A DNA stretch of 64,000 nt from the NCBI RefSeq assembly GCF_001194135.2, contig NC_068987.1, positions 103,879,410-103,943,409 of the forward strand. The letters are read 5' to 3'. Below are positions 1-11,840 of the stretch, one piece after another. The position numbers were made by a program, and so were the translations under genes. The DNA comes from Octopus bimaculoides (lineage: Eukaryota). The notes beneath the pieces were generated by a model. It was given only the letters and a program-made list of their open reading frames with translations, did no database searches and had not been told where the DNA came from. Within the stretch, counting starts at the first letter, position 1. Each line of letters opens with the position of its first letter.

Positions 1-390
1 GTTCATACCATTACTGTGATGTGTATTTGAGAAATGTCACCCAGAGAAAAGGCCATTCAACTGACTGAAATGAAGTTGCTCAATGACATACTTGAAGCAC
101 TAACCCACAGACATACCATCTCCATTCTTTTCCTTTTGCAATAATACATCAGTCTTGTATGGTGTGCAAAGGACATAAGCTTTGCCCGTTCCTCTAGATT
201 GAGAAAATATTTAAAAAAATTAAATATAGGAAGAAGTGGCATGGTCAGATCGCAAAAAAGTTGAGATACTGAGGTGGATAGCAATATATTGTGTGGGAGA
301 TACATCCCACGTAAACCAACAAAGGCTCAAAAGAAGCATAATGATGAAGATTACCACCACTGTTAACATAAGGTTGTAAAGATAACTGAC

Positions 391-519
391 CTGTAATCGG
401 ATTTTGACAACATCCAAGGGTTGCAGAAGGAGTCTTGAGACAGCTCCTGAAAGGGCACCAGCAAAAGCATAATCGTAATATGTCAGGTGATGGTCTTGAT
501 TAGGGTTGTAGCCAACCAT
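391..519 (-). CDS. SLC25A19: First coding exon of mitochondrial thiamine pyrophosphate carrier (SLC25 family); gene continues off the left edge
   Basis: Translates MVGYNPNQDHHLTYYDYAFAGALSGAVSRLLLQPLDVVKIRLQ: MVGY start typical of SLC25A19 and carrier signature P-x-D-x-x-K-x-R. Ends at phase-0 donor CAG|GTCAGT (390). Upstream acceptor TTTCTTTTGTTACAG| puts the exon start at 573 (5'UTR 520-573). Confidence 0.85.
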
Positions 520-645
520 TGATAAAACAGGAGATATTCAGATCCAATGCACATGGAGTCAGAGAAATGAATTCTGTAACAAAAGAAACAAATATTATAC
601 ACAATGAAATAGTCATTTCATATACACACAGACATTATATATATG

Positions 646-684
<39 letters not shown>

Positions 685-2401
685 AAGGATGTCTGTGTGT
701 AGTACATATGTATTTCTACAGTTTTCAACCAATTTTCACCAAACTTTACACACATGACTTATTTGCCAAGAATGGTCATGCACTGTAACATTTTGCCCAG
801 AGCTCCCGCTAAAAGCGAGAAATTGGGAATAACAATGTTTTACATGTGTTTCTCTCTAAAAACTTCTGCAGTTTTCAACCAATTCTCTCCCTTGTCTCTT
901 TTCATTTCTCTCTTCTCATTCTCGGTTTCTCTTGCATACACAGTCTCTCCCACCCTCTGTAATAGTTCCTCTCTTTAACTCACTCACACACTAACCTCTG
1001 TCTACAAACTGACTTATGTGTATTTCAACTAGTCATGCATAAAAATCTCTGTTGTTACGGTTTTCGTACGTTCTCCCTGAAAAATAATTTAGTTATTTTT
1101 AATTTTTGCTCACCCAGTGTGTGTAAATTCAGTTTTGCCAAATCTCCTAAAAGCCGACATCAGCATATTTTAATTTTGTTGTGCATAAATATCTTTGTTT
1201 GTACAGTATTTGTACATTCTCCCCACAACATTACATTTTAAAAATTTTTTGCACTCCTATTTGAATACACTATTTACATTTCTCCTATCAGAAAACATTA
1301 TGCATGTCATCGTGCATGTGTATGTATGACTGCTGTGGGCCACATACAGTCGATAAAGATTTCAGCCACACCACTGAGCAGTCATGCATTAGAAAAAGCT
1401 ATCCTAAAGTGGATCAAGTTTTTTTTCACTCAAGCTATTTTCTTCTAGAGCATTATATGCTCAAACGGAGTTTGTAAGTTCTGTCTACAAATCAACTTCC
1501 TTCCGCTGTCAGTCTGTCTGTCTGTTCCCTGCGCATTCTCAAACAGCTCAACCAAATCAAAGAAAATTTTACAAGGTAATAGTATCAGACCTCATGAGTG
1601 TCAACATGCAATTTTTTTTTTTTTTTCATTTTGATTAAAACAATATAACATTGGAACTGGTTTGGTATTATGTATCAAAAGTGAAAGAATAGGCTCTATA
1701 TTGTAACTAGCAAACGCACCCATCCTTTGGATGGTTTAAGTTGCTTTGGTGATATATTTTTCAACAAATAATTGAACTACCAAGGTTTATGAGTAGCACG
1801 GCAACCTACATTTCTGTTTAGTCTAGGAACAGAAAACCAAATTGAAGGCTGGTTATTGTGGAGGTCATTGCACTTTAATGATCATAGAACATATAAGCTT
1901 GCAAGTGATGCAAAGTAGAACTACTGAAGTGTTTTGAAAGTAGATTATGGATAATGTCTACAAAATATAGTTGCTTTACATGAAAGCGAAATTTCTTGTC
2001 AGAAACAACCACATAAATGGTGTAAGGAAATTTTAGGAAGACGTTGAAACTTCCCTTCTGCAAGTTAATTTTATTCAATAGCAAAGGGAGCTATTTTTTT
2101 GGAGAGAAGTATGATTGGTACATTAAAAAATGGCAATATAATCCCTACTTGAAAAAGTAGAGGTAAAGGAATTTATTTGCTATGTGCTTACAGTGTACGA
2201 CCACTCAGAAATTGACTTCATTGTGTCAGTGTATGTATGTTGAATGACATAACAAATGGCTGGAGGTGAAACTCTTGACAAAAAACAAATAGGTGCTGGC
2301 CAAGGTATATAAAAATACACATTTACTGTTCAACAACCAGTTCATAATTATCGCAGCAGTTGCAAGGAAGTTACAATTACATATTTACCCTTAAATTAAT
2401 G

Positions 2402-2512
2402 GAGTCTCAAGACAGAAGTGAGATGAGACTTTCCCAAGATCAGCAAAGGCAAGACACAACACATCAAATTGAGTCTCAAGGCAGAAGCAAGATGAGACTT
2501 TCTCAAGATCAG
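2402..2512. repeat. Imperfect ~42-bp direct repeat, period 69
   Basis: GAGTCTCAAG(A/G)CAGAAG..AGATGAGACTTTC.CAAGATCAG at 2402 and 2471. Confidence 0.8.
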
Positions 2513-2762
2513 TAAATACATGCACATACCCACCACCCCCAATTTTCCATGACAAGCTGGGGCCTGGAATACTTCAAATGGATGCATGACATGTTGCTTA
2601 GTCAAATTAGCCCATTATTCACTCCTCAAATGCTTTCTCATCAATACTGCACTTTCCCATATCACCTGTTTCAACATAACTGTAATATATATTCAAACTA
2701 TACCATTTTAACCGCAAGCAATGCCAGATATCTCTGCTAGTGTGTGTGTATATACACACACA

Positions 2763-3243
2763 NNNNNNNNNNNNNNNNNNNNNNNNNNNNNNNNNNNNNN
2801 NNNNNNNNNNNNNNNNNNNNNNNNNNNNNNNNNNNNNNNNNNNNNNNNNNNNNNNNNNNNNNNNNNNNNNNNNNNNNNNNNNNNNNNNNNNNNNNNNNNN
2901 NNNNNNNNNNNNNNNNNNNNNNNNNNNNNNNNNNNNNNNNNNNNNNNNNNNNNNNNNNNNNNNNNNNNNNNNNNNNNNNNNNNNNNNNNNNNNNNNNNNN
3001 NNNNNNNNNNNNNNNNNNNNNNNNNNNNNNNNNNNNNNNNNNNNNNNNNNNNNNNNNNNNNNNNNNNNNNNNNNNNNNNNNNNNNNNNNNNNNNNNNNNN
3101 NNNNNNNNNNNNNNNNNNNNNNNNNNNNNNNNNNNNNNNNNNNNNNNNNNNNNNNNNNNNNNNNNNNNNNNNNNNNNNNNNNNNNNNNNNNNNNNNNNNN
3201 NNNNNNNNNNNNNNNNNNNNNNNNNNNNNNNNNNNNNNNNNNN
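2763..3243. other. Assembly gap
   Basis: N run; other gaps at 5969-5978, 7165-7270, 56179-56395, 58370-58489, 61917-61926, mostly next to simple repeats. Confidence 1.
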
Positions 3244-3415
3244 NTATTATATGTATTTCTTTTCTCTTAGTTAATAATTAACTCCGACAAAATAAATTGG
3301 TTAATAGATACCAGGGTAGCAAAGATCACAAAATGACTGTGGTGTAACTCCTGCTTATGAAGTAGAGACTCCCTGTTATTTTGGGTAATTGAGTAAATAT
3401 AAAAATTTAATAAAT

Positions 3416-3541
3416 GGAGTAATAAGCATATGTCAAATGAATTCTTTTATTTCCAACATATGTTTCGAAGATTACAAATAGTTCCTTCCAAAGGAATATG
3501 TTGGAAATAAAAGAATTCATTTAACATATGCGTATTACTCC
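3416..3541. repeat. Long hairpin / miniature palindromic element
   Basis: 46-nt arms (3416-3461, 3496-3541) are complementary with 2 mismatches; 34-nt loop. Confidence 0.9.
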
Positions 3542-4639
3542 ATAGGAGAGTCAAACAAATCAGCCCCAGTACATATTTTTGAGGTCTGGTACTATGAATC
3601 TTTCTTGCCAAATCACTAACTTATGAGTAAGTAAAAAAGCTAACATAGGTTGTCAAACAGTTGAAAGGGACAAATACAGCCACAAAGATACACCCACACA
3701 CACATACAACAGGCTTTCAAACAGTTTCTGTCTATCAAATTCACACTCATAAGGCATTGGTTGGCCTAGGGCTATAACAGAAGAATTTTCCCAAGGTGTT
3801 ATGCAGTGGGACTGAACTCAAAATCTTAACAAAACAGCCATGTAAAATTATCTATTTACATTTGCCATTTACATTGTTCATTTCAGGTGACTGAGTTAAC
3901 TTTTAGAAACATTTTATTTCCAAGAATTCAGTCTTTCTCAAATGTGGATAGCGATTCTCAGAAAATTATTTTAACCTTTTAGCATTTAAACTGGCCATAT
4001 CCAGGCCAAACACTCTACCTGTTTTATGTTCAAACTAGCCAGATCTGGCCACTCACACCTATCCAAAAATGTCAGTCTAAAAATAAACAGTCACATCATC
4101 AATGACAAGATCTTAGTTTCACCTGTGGATTTTCTGTGAGTGATGAAGATGTCGAGATATTTAAATTGGATAATTCTGTTTCAGTGTATATTGAGCTGAT
4201 GTAGGTAATTATATTCCATGAGGAAACAAAGTCAACAAGAGGAGGACACCTACTTAGTCACGCCAAGACATTTTTTTCCTCTTTTGTAGTGGTCTGGTCA
4301 GGGGAAAAGGGTTGTGCCCATGGTACACTAATCCACACCCCATTAAACACACACACTTTTCTAGTATTACAGTCATTGCAATAAAGAATGAAATCTTAGA
4401 TAATCTCATTATCCAAGATGTCAGTATCAAGGTGTGTTTCTGTTGTTTTAAATACTGGGTGAATGTAGCATAACTAACAATTCTGAGCTGTGTGCTTTAT
4501 TATATATCATTGCAGGTCTAAGTTAATTTAGCCATTTAGAACTGTATGCAGGGATTAGGATGTGGAACTTTTAGATAAGTTATTTTATGTAAGCTCTAAT
4601 AAAACTAAGGTTAAGACAAACAGTTGACTATCTTACCTA

Positions 4640-5085
4640 ACGATCTTACCAATGATCAGGTGGATGTAGACAGCTCCATAAAGAAGTGCCAATCACACAA
4701 AGTGGATGGAACTTATGGAAGATGGAGACCCAGGGATGGGACAAAGTGCTGAAGGACAATCTTAGGACACTGAAACATACACAGGAGATGACAAAGGATC
4801 GAGATATCTGATACCTTGTTATACTCAAGAAGACCTGTCTTCCACAGTAGACGTGTTAAGGCCGCACCCCCTGCTGAAAAGGATTGGCCTGCAAAAGCCC
4901 TGTACTGGTGCCACTTAAAAACACCCAGCACAATCTGTAAAGTGGTGGCGTTAGGAAGGACATCTAGCCGTAGAAATCAAGCTAAATCGGACTGGAACCT
5001 GGTGCAGCTTCCCAACTTGCCAGCTCTGGTCAAGCCGTCCAACCCATGCCAGCATGGAAAATGGACGTTAAAGGATGATGATGGT
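4640..5085 (+). mobile_element. 3' end of RTE-type LINE
   Basis: ORF-end remnant followed by shared tail ...CCAACCCATGCCAGCATGGAAAATGGACGTTAAAGGATGATGATG. Confidence 0.8.
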
Positions 5086-5496
5086 CCGTAGTAAAGATTG
5101 ATCATATAAAGAAGGGATGGCGTTCTTGGACCATGCTGGGTCTTGCTTTTGTCAAGAGTGCTTTTATCAAAATAGGTGGAATCTTCCGTGCAATCAAAAT
5201 ACGAATATAACAATATTTACAGAACAAAAGAATGAATGGAATTTCACGAGACCCACTTTCTATTGTGGTGCCTTCTCTTCACAAAACTACTTCAATTTTT
5301 TGAACTTCGGACAAATACACACACACATTAGTTCATGTATGTACAATTAAAAAGAATATGGTATAAAAGCTTCCAGTTTCACAAAGATGGGTACATTGAT
5401 AATAAAAATAATGTATTCGTTTAACTTTCTAATATTAATTGTTACATTATATGTTGTAGCTGTTTTTTTAAATGATTATATTCATCTTTTACTTAC

Positions 5497-5800
5497 CTTA
5501 AATGGATATATATTTTTTTAACAGAAACCCAACTGTTTTCAAGTTTTCACCAGTAATCACTCCGACATGTGGTCCAAAGAATGTTGTTTCCTGGCCCTAC
5601 TTTCTCTGCCGGTTCTACAGTGGCTTCTGCTTGTCGAAGGTATCTGGTCTCATACCACCTCAAGTCAGACACAGTTGATTCCTTCGTTTCTCCTCACCTC
5701 GTCTCTTCATGCAATTGTGCCCACCGACCACAACGCAAAGGCCCTGCGCTAACTACTCGACTAATGATGGCGAACCCAGCGGGTCGAAATTTTAATTACT
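5497..5800 (-). other. Putative non-coding 5'UTR exon of SLC25A19
   Basis: Consensus donor AAG|GTAAGT at 5496 downstream of a locally GC/CpG-rich block (5560-5800); the coding exon has a clear acceptor and so needs an upstream exon. 5' boundary is a guess. Confidence 0.4.
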
Positions 5801-7140
5801 TCAATAATCCTGTTCATGAAGTGTAACTTACATATATGGTTGTATTTTAGTTTTATATAAAGACTCATAGATAAGCTTTCTATAGCATAGCCTTTTTTCC
5901 AAAGTCCACTGTGTGTCACCTAAAGTTCTACAGCATGTTTGCACATGTAGCTAGCTCCCATTGATACANNNNNNNNNNAATATCAGGGGGGGGGGGGTTT
6001 ACCTGGTTGTAGTGAGGCTGAAATTCAACGAAACGTGCACATGTTACATGTCAACTAACTGTGTCAAAACAGCGGAGAACAGCTCGAACCAATAATCTAT
6101 ATCAAGACTTTTTTTTAATGTCTTCAAACAAATAATTACGTTGAAATGAAAAGCTATTCCTTATATATATATAGACGCACGCACACACACGTAGTAAGTG
6201 TGTGTGTGTGTATATTAGTAATATCAGTAGTCTTTGTTATATAATAAGGTACCTGATTTGAACAAAAGTGTAAAACTGAAAGTATTTATAACATGCTACA
6301 TTGAAAATCACTTTATTTTTTTACATATATATTTTAAAGGCACATGCACAAACACGCACACAAAGAGCGAATAGTAATAGAAAACCAGACAGACAGTTGC
6401 AAATACAAATATATATAAGATATAAAGATAACAACAGAGGTGACACTAGAGTGAATCGCCGACAGAAAACATAAAAAACAGATATTGAAGAGTTTAATGT
6501 TTCGCAGCAAGTAAACAATCCAATGTAACTGGTGGCCCACATTAGGAGTAATTTTATCGTTGTTTACCCCAAGGCTAGCCCCAATTTTGAGCAGACCTGA
6601 TATATATATATGTGGGGAGGGGGTGAGTCTGCCCACCACCGCTAGACAACCTGTGTTGGGGTGTTTACGTCCTCGTAAGATTGCGGTTCGGCGAAAGAGG
6701 CCGACAGAATATGAAATGCTTAAGTACCAAGCTGTTACACAAAATTAATAAGCACTAGGGTCCATTCATTCGACTAAAAAATAAAAAATTAAGGCGATGC
6801 CCCAGTATGGTCGAAACAAGTTTAAGATTAAAGGTATATATAATGTATATATAATATGGTGTTCGGCGCTTCACTTTCACTTTTATAACAGCAGACTGGC
6901 AAAAACGAAAGTGAAGCGCTAAATTCAAAGTTCTCTATCTTTTCCCACTTTTATATAATAAAAGTAATGTGAATAGTTTCGGTACAAGAGTCATACATAT
7001 TACAGCACAATAAGTGAGAAGGCTTGCTTAAGTAAAAAGTATCGTAAATATCCCTCTGAAATATCCCACCTTCACTTGCGCCTTTAATTCCCCTTAAATT
7101 ATACCCCAGTTCGAGTGCCCACACAAGTGAGTTCCCAGAA

Positions 7141-7397
7141 GGTACTACTAAAGCAGCGCGGACCNNNNNNNNNNNNNNNNNNNNNNNNNNNNNNNNNNNN
7201 NNNNNNNNNNNNNNNNNNNNNNNNNNNNNNNNNNNNNNNNNNNNNNNNNNNNNNNNNNNNNNNNNNNNNNAACCCTAACCCGCGTGTGCAAATGAATACG
7301 TGTTTAGGGTTAGGGTTAGGATTAGGATCGACCACTCACGACTAGCTAGCGCGGACGCGCGACTGCGCGTTCGGGTCCGCGCTGCTTTAGTAGTACC
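7141..7397. mobile_element. MITE-like element with perfect 24-bp terminal inverted repeat and internal TTAGGG repeats (partly in a gap)
   Basis: GGTACTACTAAAGCAGCGCGGACC (7141-7164) is the exact reverse complement of 7374-7397; internal AACCCTAACC (7271) and TTAGGGTTAGGGTTAGG (7304-7320). Confidence 0.8.
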
Positions 7398-8491
7398 GTA
7401 GAATACCAGGTACCCGGTTCATTGAGAATTAATCCATACCTGTCCACTTAGTGCTGCCTTCTTCCGCTAAAATGAGGAAAACTGCTGTTGATGACTAGAG
7501 TTATTATAAGATTATTGTGGAGGATCGAACCCGCTCTTGACCAGCCCAATTCTGCGTAGGAGGGTCCATTCGTGTAGGTTTCAATCTGAAACGATCTTGG
7601 TACTATGTTACAAGGTGAAGCTTTGACTACAGCGTGACTTTTCCTCTGCCGTGGAAGGACCAGTGCAGCGCATCGTACATCAGTAAATAGTTATGATTAA
7701 ATACGTTACTTCCATTGTTTTGATTGAGTCTCTTAGACGTTGGTTTTCCATGCGGATGACGTCTCTGAGAATGTAATTTCAATGATTTGCTACTAAGGAA
7801 AAAAAAATGATGTACCAGCCAAATATTACTATTTAATCGACTCTACCCCTATCTCAAACGCGGGATCAAGTGTCAAAGTTACAAATCAATCACAACGTAA
7901 GAGAATATATAATAATTTACCTTCAGCCACTTCCTGGTTCATCTGTACTATTAGCCAACCCGAAGTAATACCCTCTTAGCACATGTCACCTCTGCGTACT
8001 GTCATTGCACATTCACGCAATATATATATGTAATTTACGGAGGATTGCGAGGGTCAAAATTCAGAGGTTGTGTTTTCACTTGTTATAATTCTTTCACATT
8101 ATTAATCGACAAATATAATGATCGAATTAGGAAAATTAAGATATAAACACCAAACGAAATAAATAGAAAGTTCACGCCATATCATGTCTGAATTCGAAAT
8201 CTGATCATCATTGATTTTTTTTTTTTAAGTTACAGTTTACTCAATACTTTCGAAAGGTTACAAAATTATTTGTTTCGTTTTGCTCTTCCGTACTTTCACG
8301 CTGTAACTAAAGTTGAAGCAAAGCGATTACAACTTTTTTTTTTAATTTCATACTTAACTTTGATCTAAATGAATAAACTTAAAATATATTGGAAAAAGAA
8401 GACTGATAATAATGAGAATAATAATAAATTCTTTAAAATTTACTTTTAATCCGAGTCGAACGGATTTGTACGAAGCCGAACGAAGTTAAGG

Positions 8492-8524
8492 ACCGGAAGC
8501 GTGCTTGACGCGTGCGCCCTTTCG
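8492..8524 (+). promoter_or_regulatory. Putative eIF3b core promoter: ETS-like site and TCT-like initiator
   Basis: ACCGGAAGC at 8492-8500 and CCCTTTCG at 8517-8524 (7/8 match to YYCTTTYY), about 30 nt upstream of the ATG in CpG-rich sequence. Confidence 0.4.
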
Positions 8525-8547
8525 ACTCGTAGCACACGAGGTCTTCA

Positions 8548-8695
8548 ATGATGGCGGCCGACAACGATGGTTCGGAATTGAAGAAAAATAAGAAAAAGGC
8601 AGAGAAAACCTTGCAGAATGGTATCGAAGATGATGCCGAAGAAGAACCTAATTTCAGTGACCCGGAGGGATTTGTAGATGACATTACTGAAGAAG
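8548..8695 (+). CDS. EIF3B: eIF3b exon 1
   Basis: [13 protein letters not shown]...[19 protein letters not shown]; donor G|GTGATA, phase 1. Confidence 0.93.
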
Positions 8696-11600
8696 GTGAT
8701 ATCTGTAGTTATTTCCCCCATCCAGTCTCCTACTCCGGCTTGTTGCAATGGCGGGAGGAGTGGGATGAGTTTCGTCGCACTCCCCCCTCACTTTCTCTAC
8801 TGTCTCTCTCCTCATTTCTTTTCCTTGATCTCTTAGTCTATCAACTCTCTCTTTCCCTCCATATTTTATACCTATATGCCTATTTCGTTTATCTTAAAAG
8901 TATATCGTATGTATTTATTTATAAACCCAAGTTGGATTTATATTCTGTATTCATCCATGTATATATATATATATATATTGGGATATATACATCTATATCT
9001 GTGTGTGTATGTTCAATATACTTCTCGAATCATAGGACTAGAATGTCTCACTTCCTCCAACACTGTCTACATGTCAGCTGGTTTTCATGGCAGGCGACAA
9101 GTGTCTGCATGTGGGTTGAAAGAAGCAAACTCGACAGAATATATTAAGCTCAAAACCGGTCTTCGAGTTACGAGAGAGAGAAATGGACAACATCAAGTAC
9201 CAGTGATGTCCTGGAAACGATTCCCTGAACTATGGGTGCTCCGTCTAAGTTGTGTCCATTCTTATGAAATTCACATCACGTGTCGCTGCTTCTATTTTAT
9301 TCGTTACGCTTTTACTTGAAACCATCATTAAAAGCTGGTGGATGGTACAATCGGTAGAGCGTTGGACTAGATTCCTTGCGTTTATTTACGATCTAAGTTC
9401 AAATCCTTCTGGGATTGAAAAAATTTATACAAGTAGACCATATAATGCGTCAGTTTCTAGTCCAGTGAAACCGTCTTTCGGCCTCAATATTCTTAGCATT
9501 GTCCCTATGTTAGGTACTATTCAAGAAGAATAGTACCCCTATGTTAATCTAATAAAGTATCAATAATATATTGAGGGTATTGATTCAATTGACTCTCCAC
9601 TCCCTCTTAAGATTAGTCGTTTGTCATTCTTAGACATTACTCTGAAGTGAGTTTCTATTATAAAAGAATTTATTAACACATTATCTAATATTACTTTGAA
9701 GTAGTAATGTGTAATTTGTAGAAGAATTAACTACTATTCTAGAAGGCGAACAACTGCGTCAAAGCTCCCTCAGTGGCTCATGTGTGTGTGTAGCTGCACT
9801 GGTCGAAAGCCTTGTAGAAATCAGTATGTGAAATAGTTTACCATGGTAGCTCGCATCTCAATCTAATGTAAGGGGGGTCGTTGATATTTCTTTGGTCCTG
9901 ACGTACTAGCTAACCTGTTAGTACACGGCCGACTTTCCTCGACCAACTTGTGAAAGGTATGGTACCTTCGTAATTTTTAGCGGCTTATATCTGATTCCCT
10001 TAGTCTTGATTTAGATATAAAATAATCTCTATGTTAAAGATTAGAATCCAACTCTGTCATCACTGGTGCTCCCTGCAAAATATTCCACTCTCAACTGTCG
10101 GTATATCAACGTATCTAGGCATAGTAGCACTGAAATTTAACCATCCGTGATAGATTACTGACAGGTCCAGGAGACCGAAGGTTAAGGGAATTTCTTAACA
10201 TTGAACCTTTTTATCCCTGGCTTTTATAGTTCCTCGAAGGTTAACTTTATGATGGTAATAGGCTTCGTTTAACAGGCCATCAACTCTTATCTCGCCTTCA
10301 ACTAAAACCGAATACTTGGGGCGATTTAATCGACTTCCCCATCCCTCAAAAATTACCGATCTTAAACTAAAAGTAGAAATTTATTATTATTGTATGTTTT
10401 CGAATTGTACTAGTCCGATAAGTGATTTGATCTGAAACAACTACATCCTAGAAGAGCCACGTTAGGTATATAAGAGCACACAAAAGCTATTGTGTTCACA
10501 TCGCGTATTCTTCAATAATAGATTCTTTTGTGAAGTATCAAATTTTTGTCGCTCTTCTGTGGCCTTCTCATTGACTCATTTTCGCCATCTCGGCTACTTG
10601 TAACTGCTATATGTGGTTGATGATAAAATTGATTCGGGTAAGGTTGTCGAATACGTACATAACCTCCTGTGCAAGACAAGAGATCGTTTAGAAACGACGT
10701 GCCGGATTCCTCTGATATCCACAAAAATTCTAAAGTGTTTAATTGTTTATAGAATATACTATAAAAGACTAAGTCAAATTTATTAGTCTTAGTAATCACG
10801 GACTGGAGTGGTGGCTTCGTGAAGTTAAAACGTGCGGAATCCTCGAATATCTGCAAACTTTCTAGTGCTGTTTTATGTCTATAAAATGTACCATAAAACA
10901 GTAATTAACTCTGTTTAATTTATCCTAGTGGTCACTTAGGTAAAAAGATTTATTTGTGAGTGTAGAATGTTTTATACAGTCCCTTTTGTTTTATACCTGA
11001 TTTCGTACAATTTGATAACTTTAACCAACTAGCAGTTAAAGTTGGCATATGGTATCACCATCAGCAGAAGTTGGGATGTGGCCGTTAATGGTAGTGGGGA
11101 GAAATTTAGAAGACGGCTATGTTGTGTCATCGTATGGTCTCATAATTAATGACCAGTGTGGCAATAGAGGTAGACGAGAGTGGATAGTAATTAATGTAAC
11201 CGACACTCGTGTTACAGAACATACTAAATGACTTCGTTCTAAGAACGCCTACACGGCCCATCATTTTATCCAGGTTTTTTTTTATGTGTATAGTTTGAGG
11301 GAGATTTAGCTGCTATTTCTTATAGGACGAGCGATCATATTGAAGTTTTGTCGTTGACTCGTAAGGCTAACATATGTCGAGTCGCAGTTACAGGTCTACT
11401 TCAAAGTTATAATTTAAACAATAATGTGATGGTAACTTAAAATCCTTTATATTATTATATCTTCTCACTCTGATTTCTGACATAAATGAGCTTTTTTCTT
11501 CTTCCTGTTTTCTCTTCTCTCGATAATTCAGTTTTTATATAATTTTAACCGGTCATTACAGAAAGAACAACAATGCGATGTTTAAATTTCTCATTTCCAC

Positions 11601-11809
11601 CTGCTGTTTCTAGTTTCGTAAACGTTGAAACTACTTGGTCATGTCACAAAGGTGTTATATTTATTCATGTATATAACTTCACATCTACACCGGCTTCTCT
11701 CTCTTGCTTACTAAGCAGGTGTTAGCTTGAGGATCTCTAACTAGCAGAACTTTGGAAGTAATAATTACTTAACGAGGGGTACTCCTCTCTCTCTATATAT
11801 ATATATATC

Positions 11810-11840
<31 letters not shown>

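Noticed and set aside
117-193. Exon-like block (CTAG| ... |GTATGT) as SLC25A19 exon 2
   Set aside because: Joined in phase 0 it hits TGA after 14 codons and shows no carrier similarity.
2721-3281. Long ORFs spanning N-runs (also 7099-7345, 55993-56614, 58330-58557)
   Set aside because: Artefacts of assembly gaps translated as X.
7271-7325. True telomere, fusion site or telomerase RNA template
   Set aside because: Only a few repeat units, enclosed by TIRs and flanked by ordinary genic DNA; no other telomerase-RNA features seen.
8696-9147. Remainder of the 199-aa ORF 8548-9147
   Set aside because: Only the first 49 codons are eIF3b; the rest is low-complexity intron read-through past the donor at 8696.
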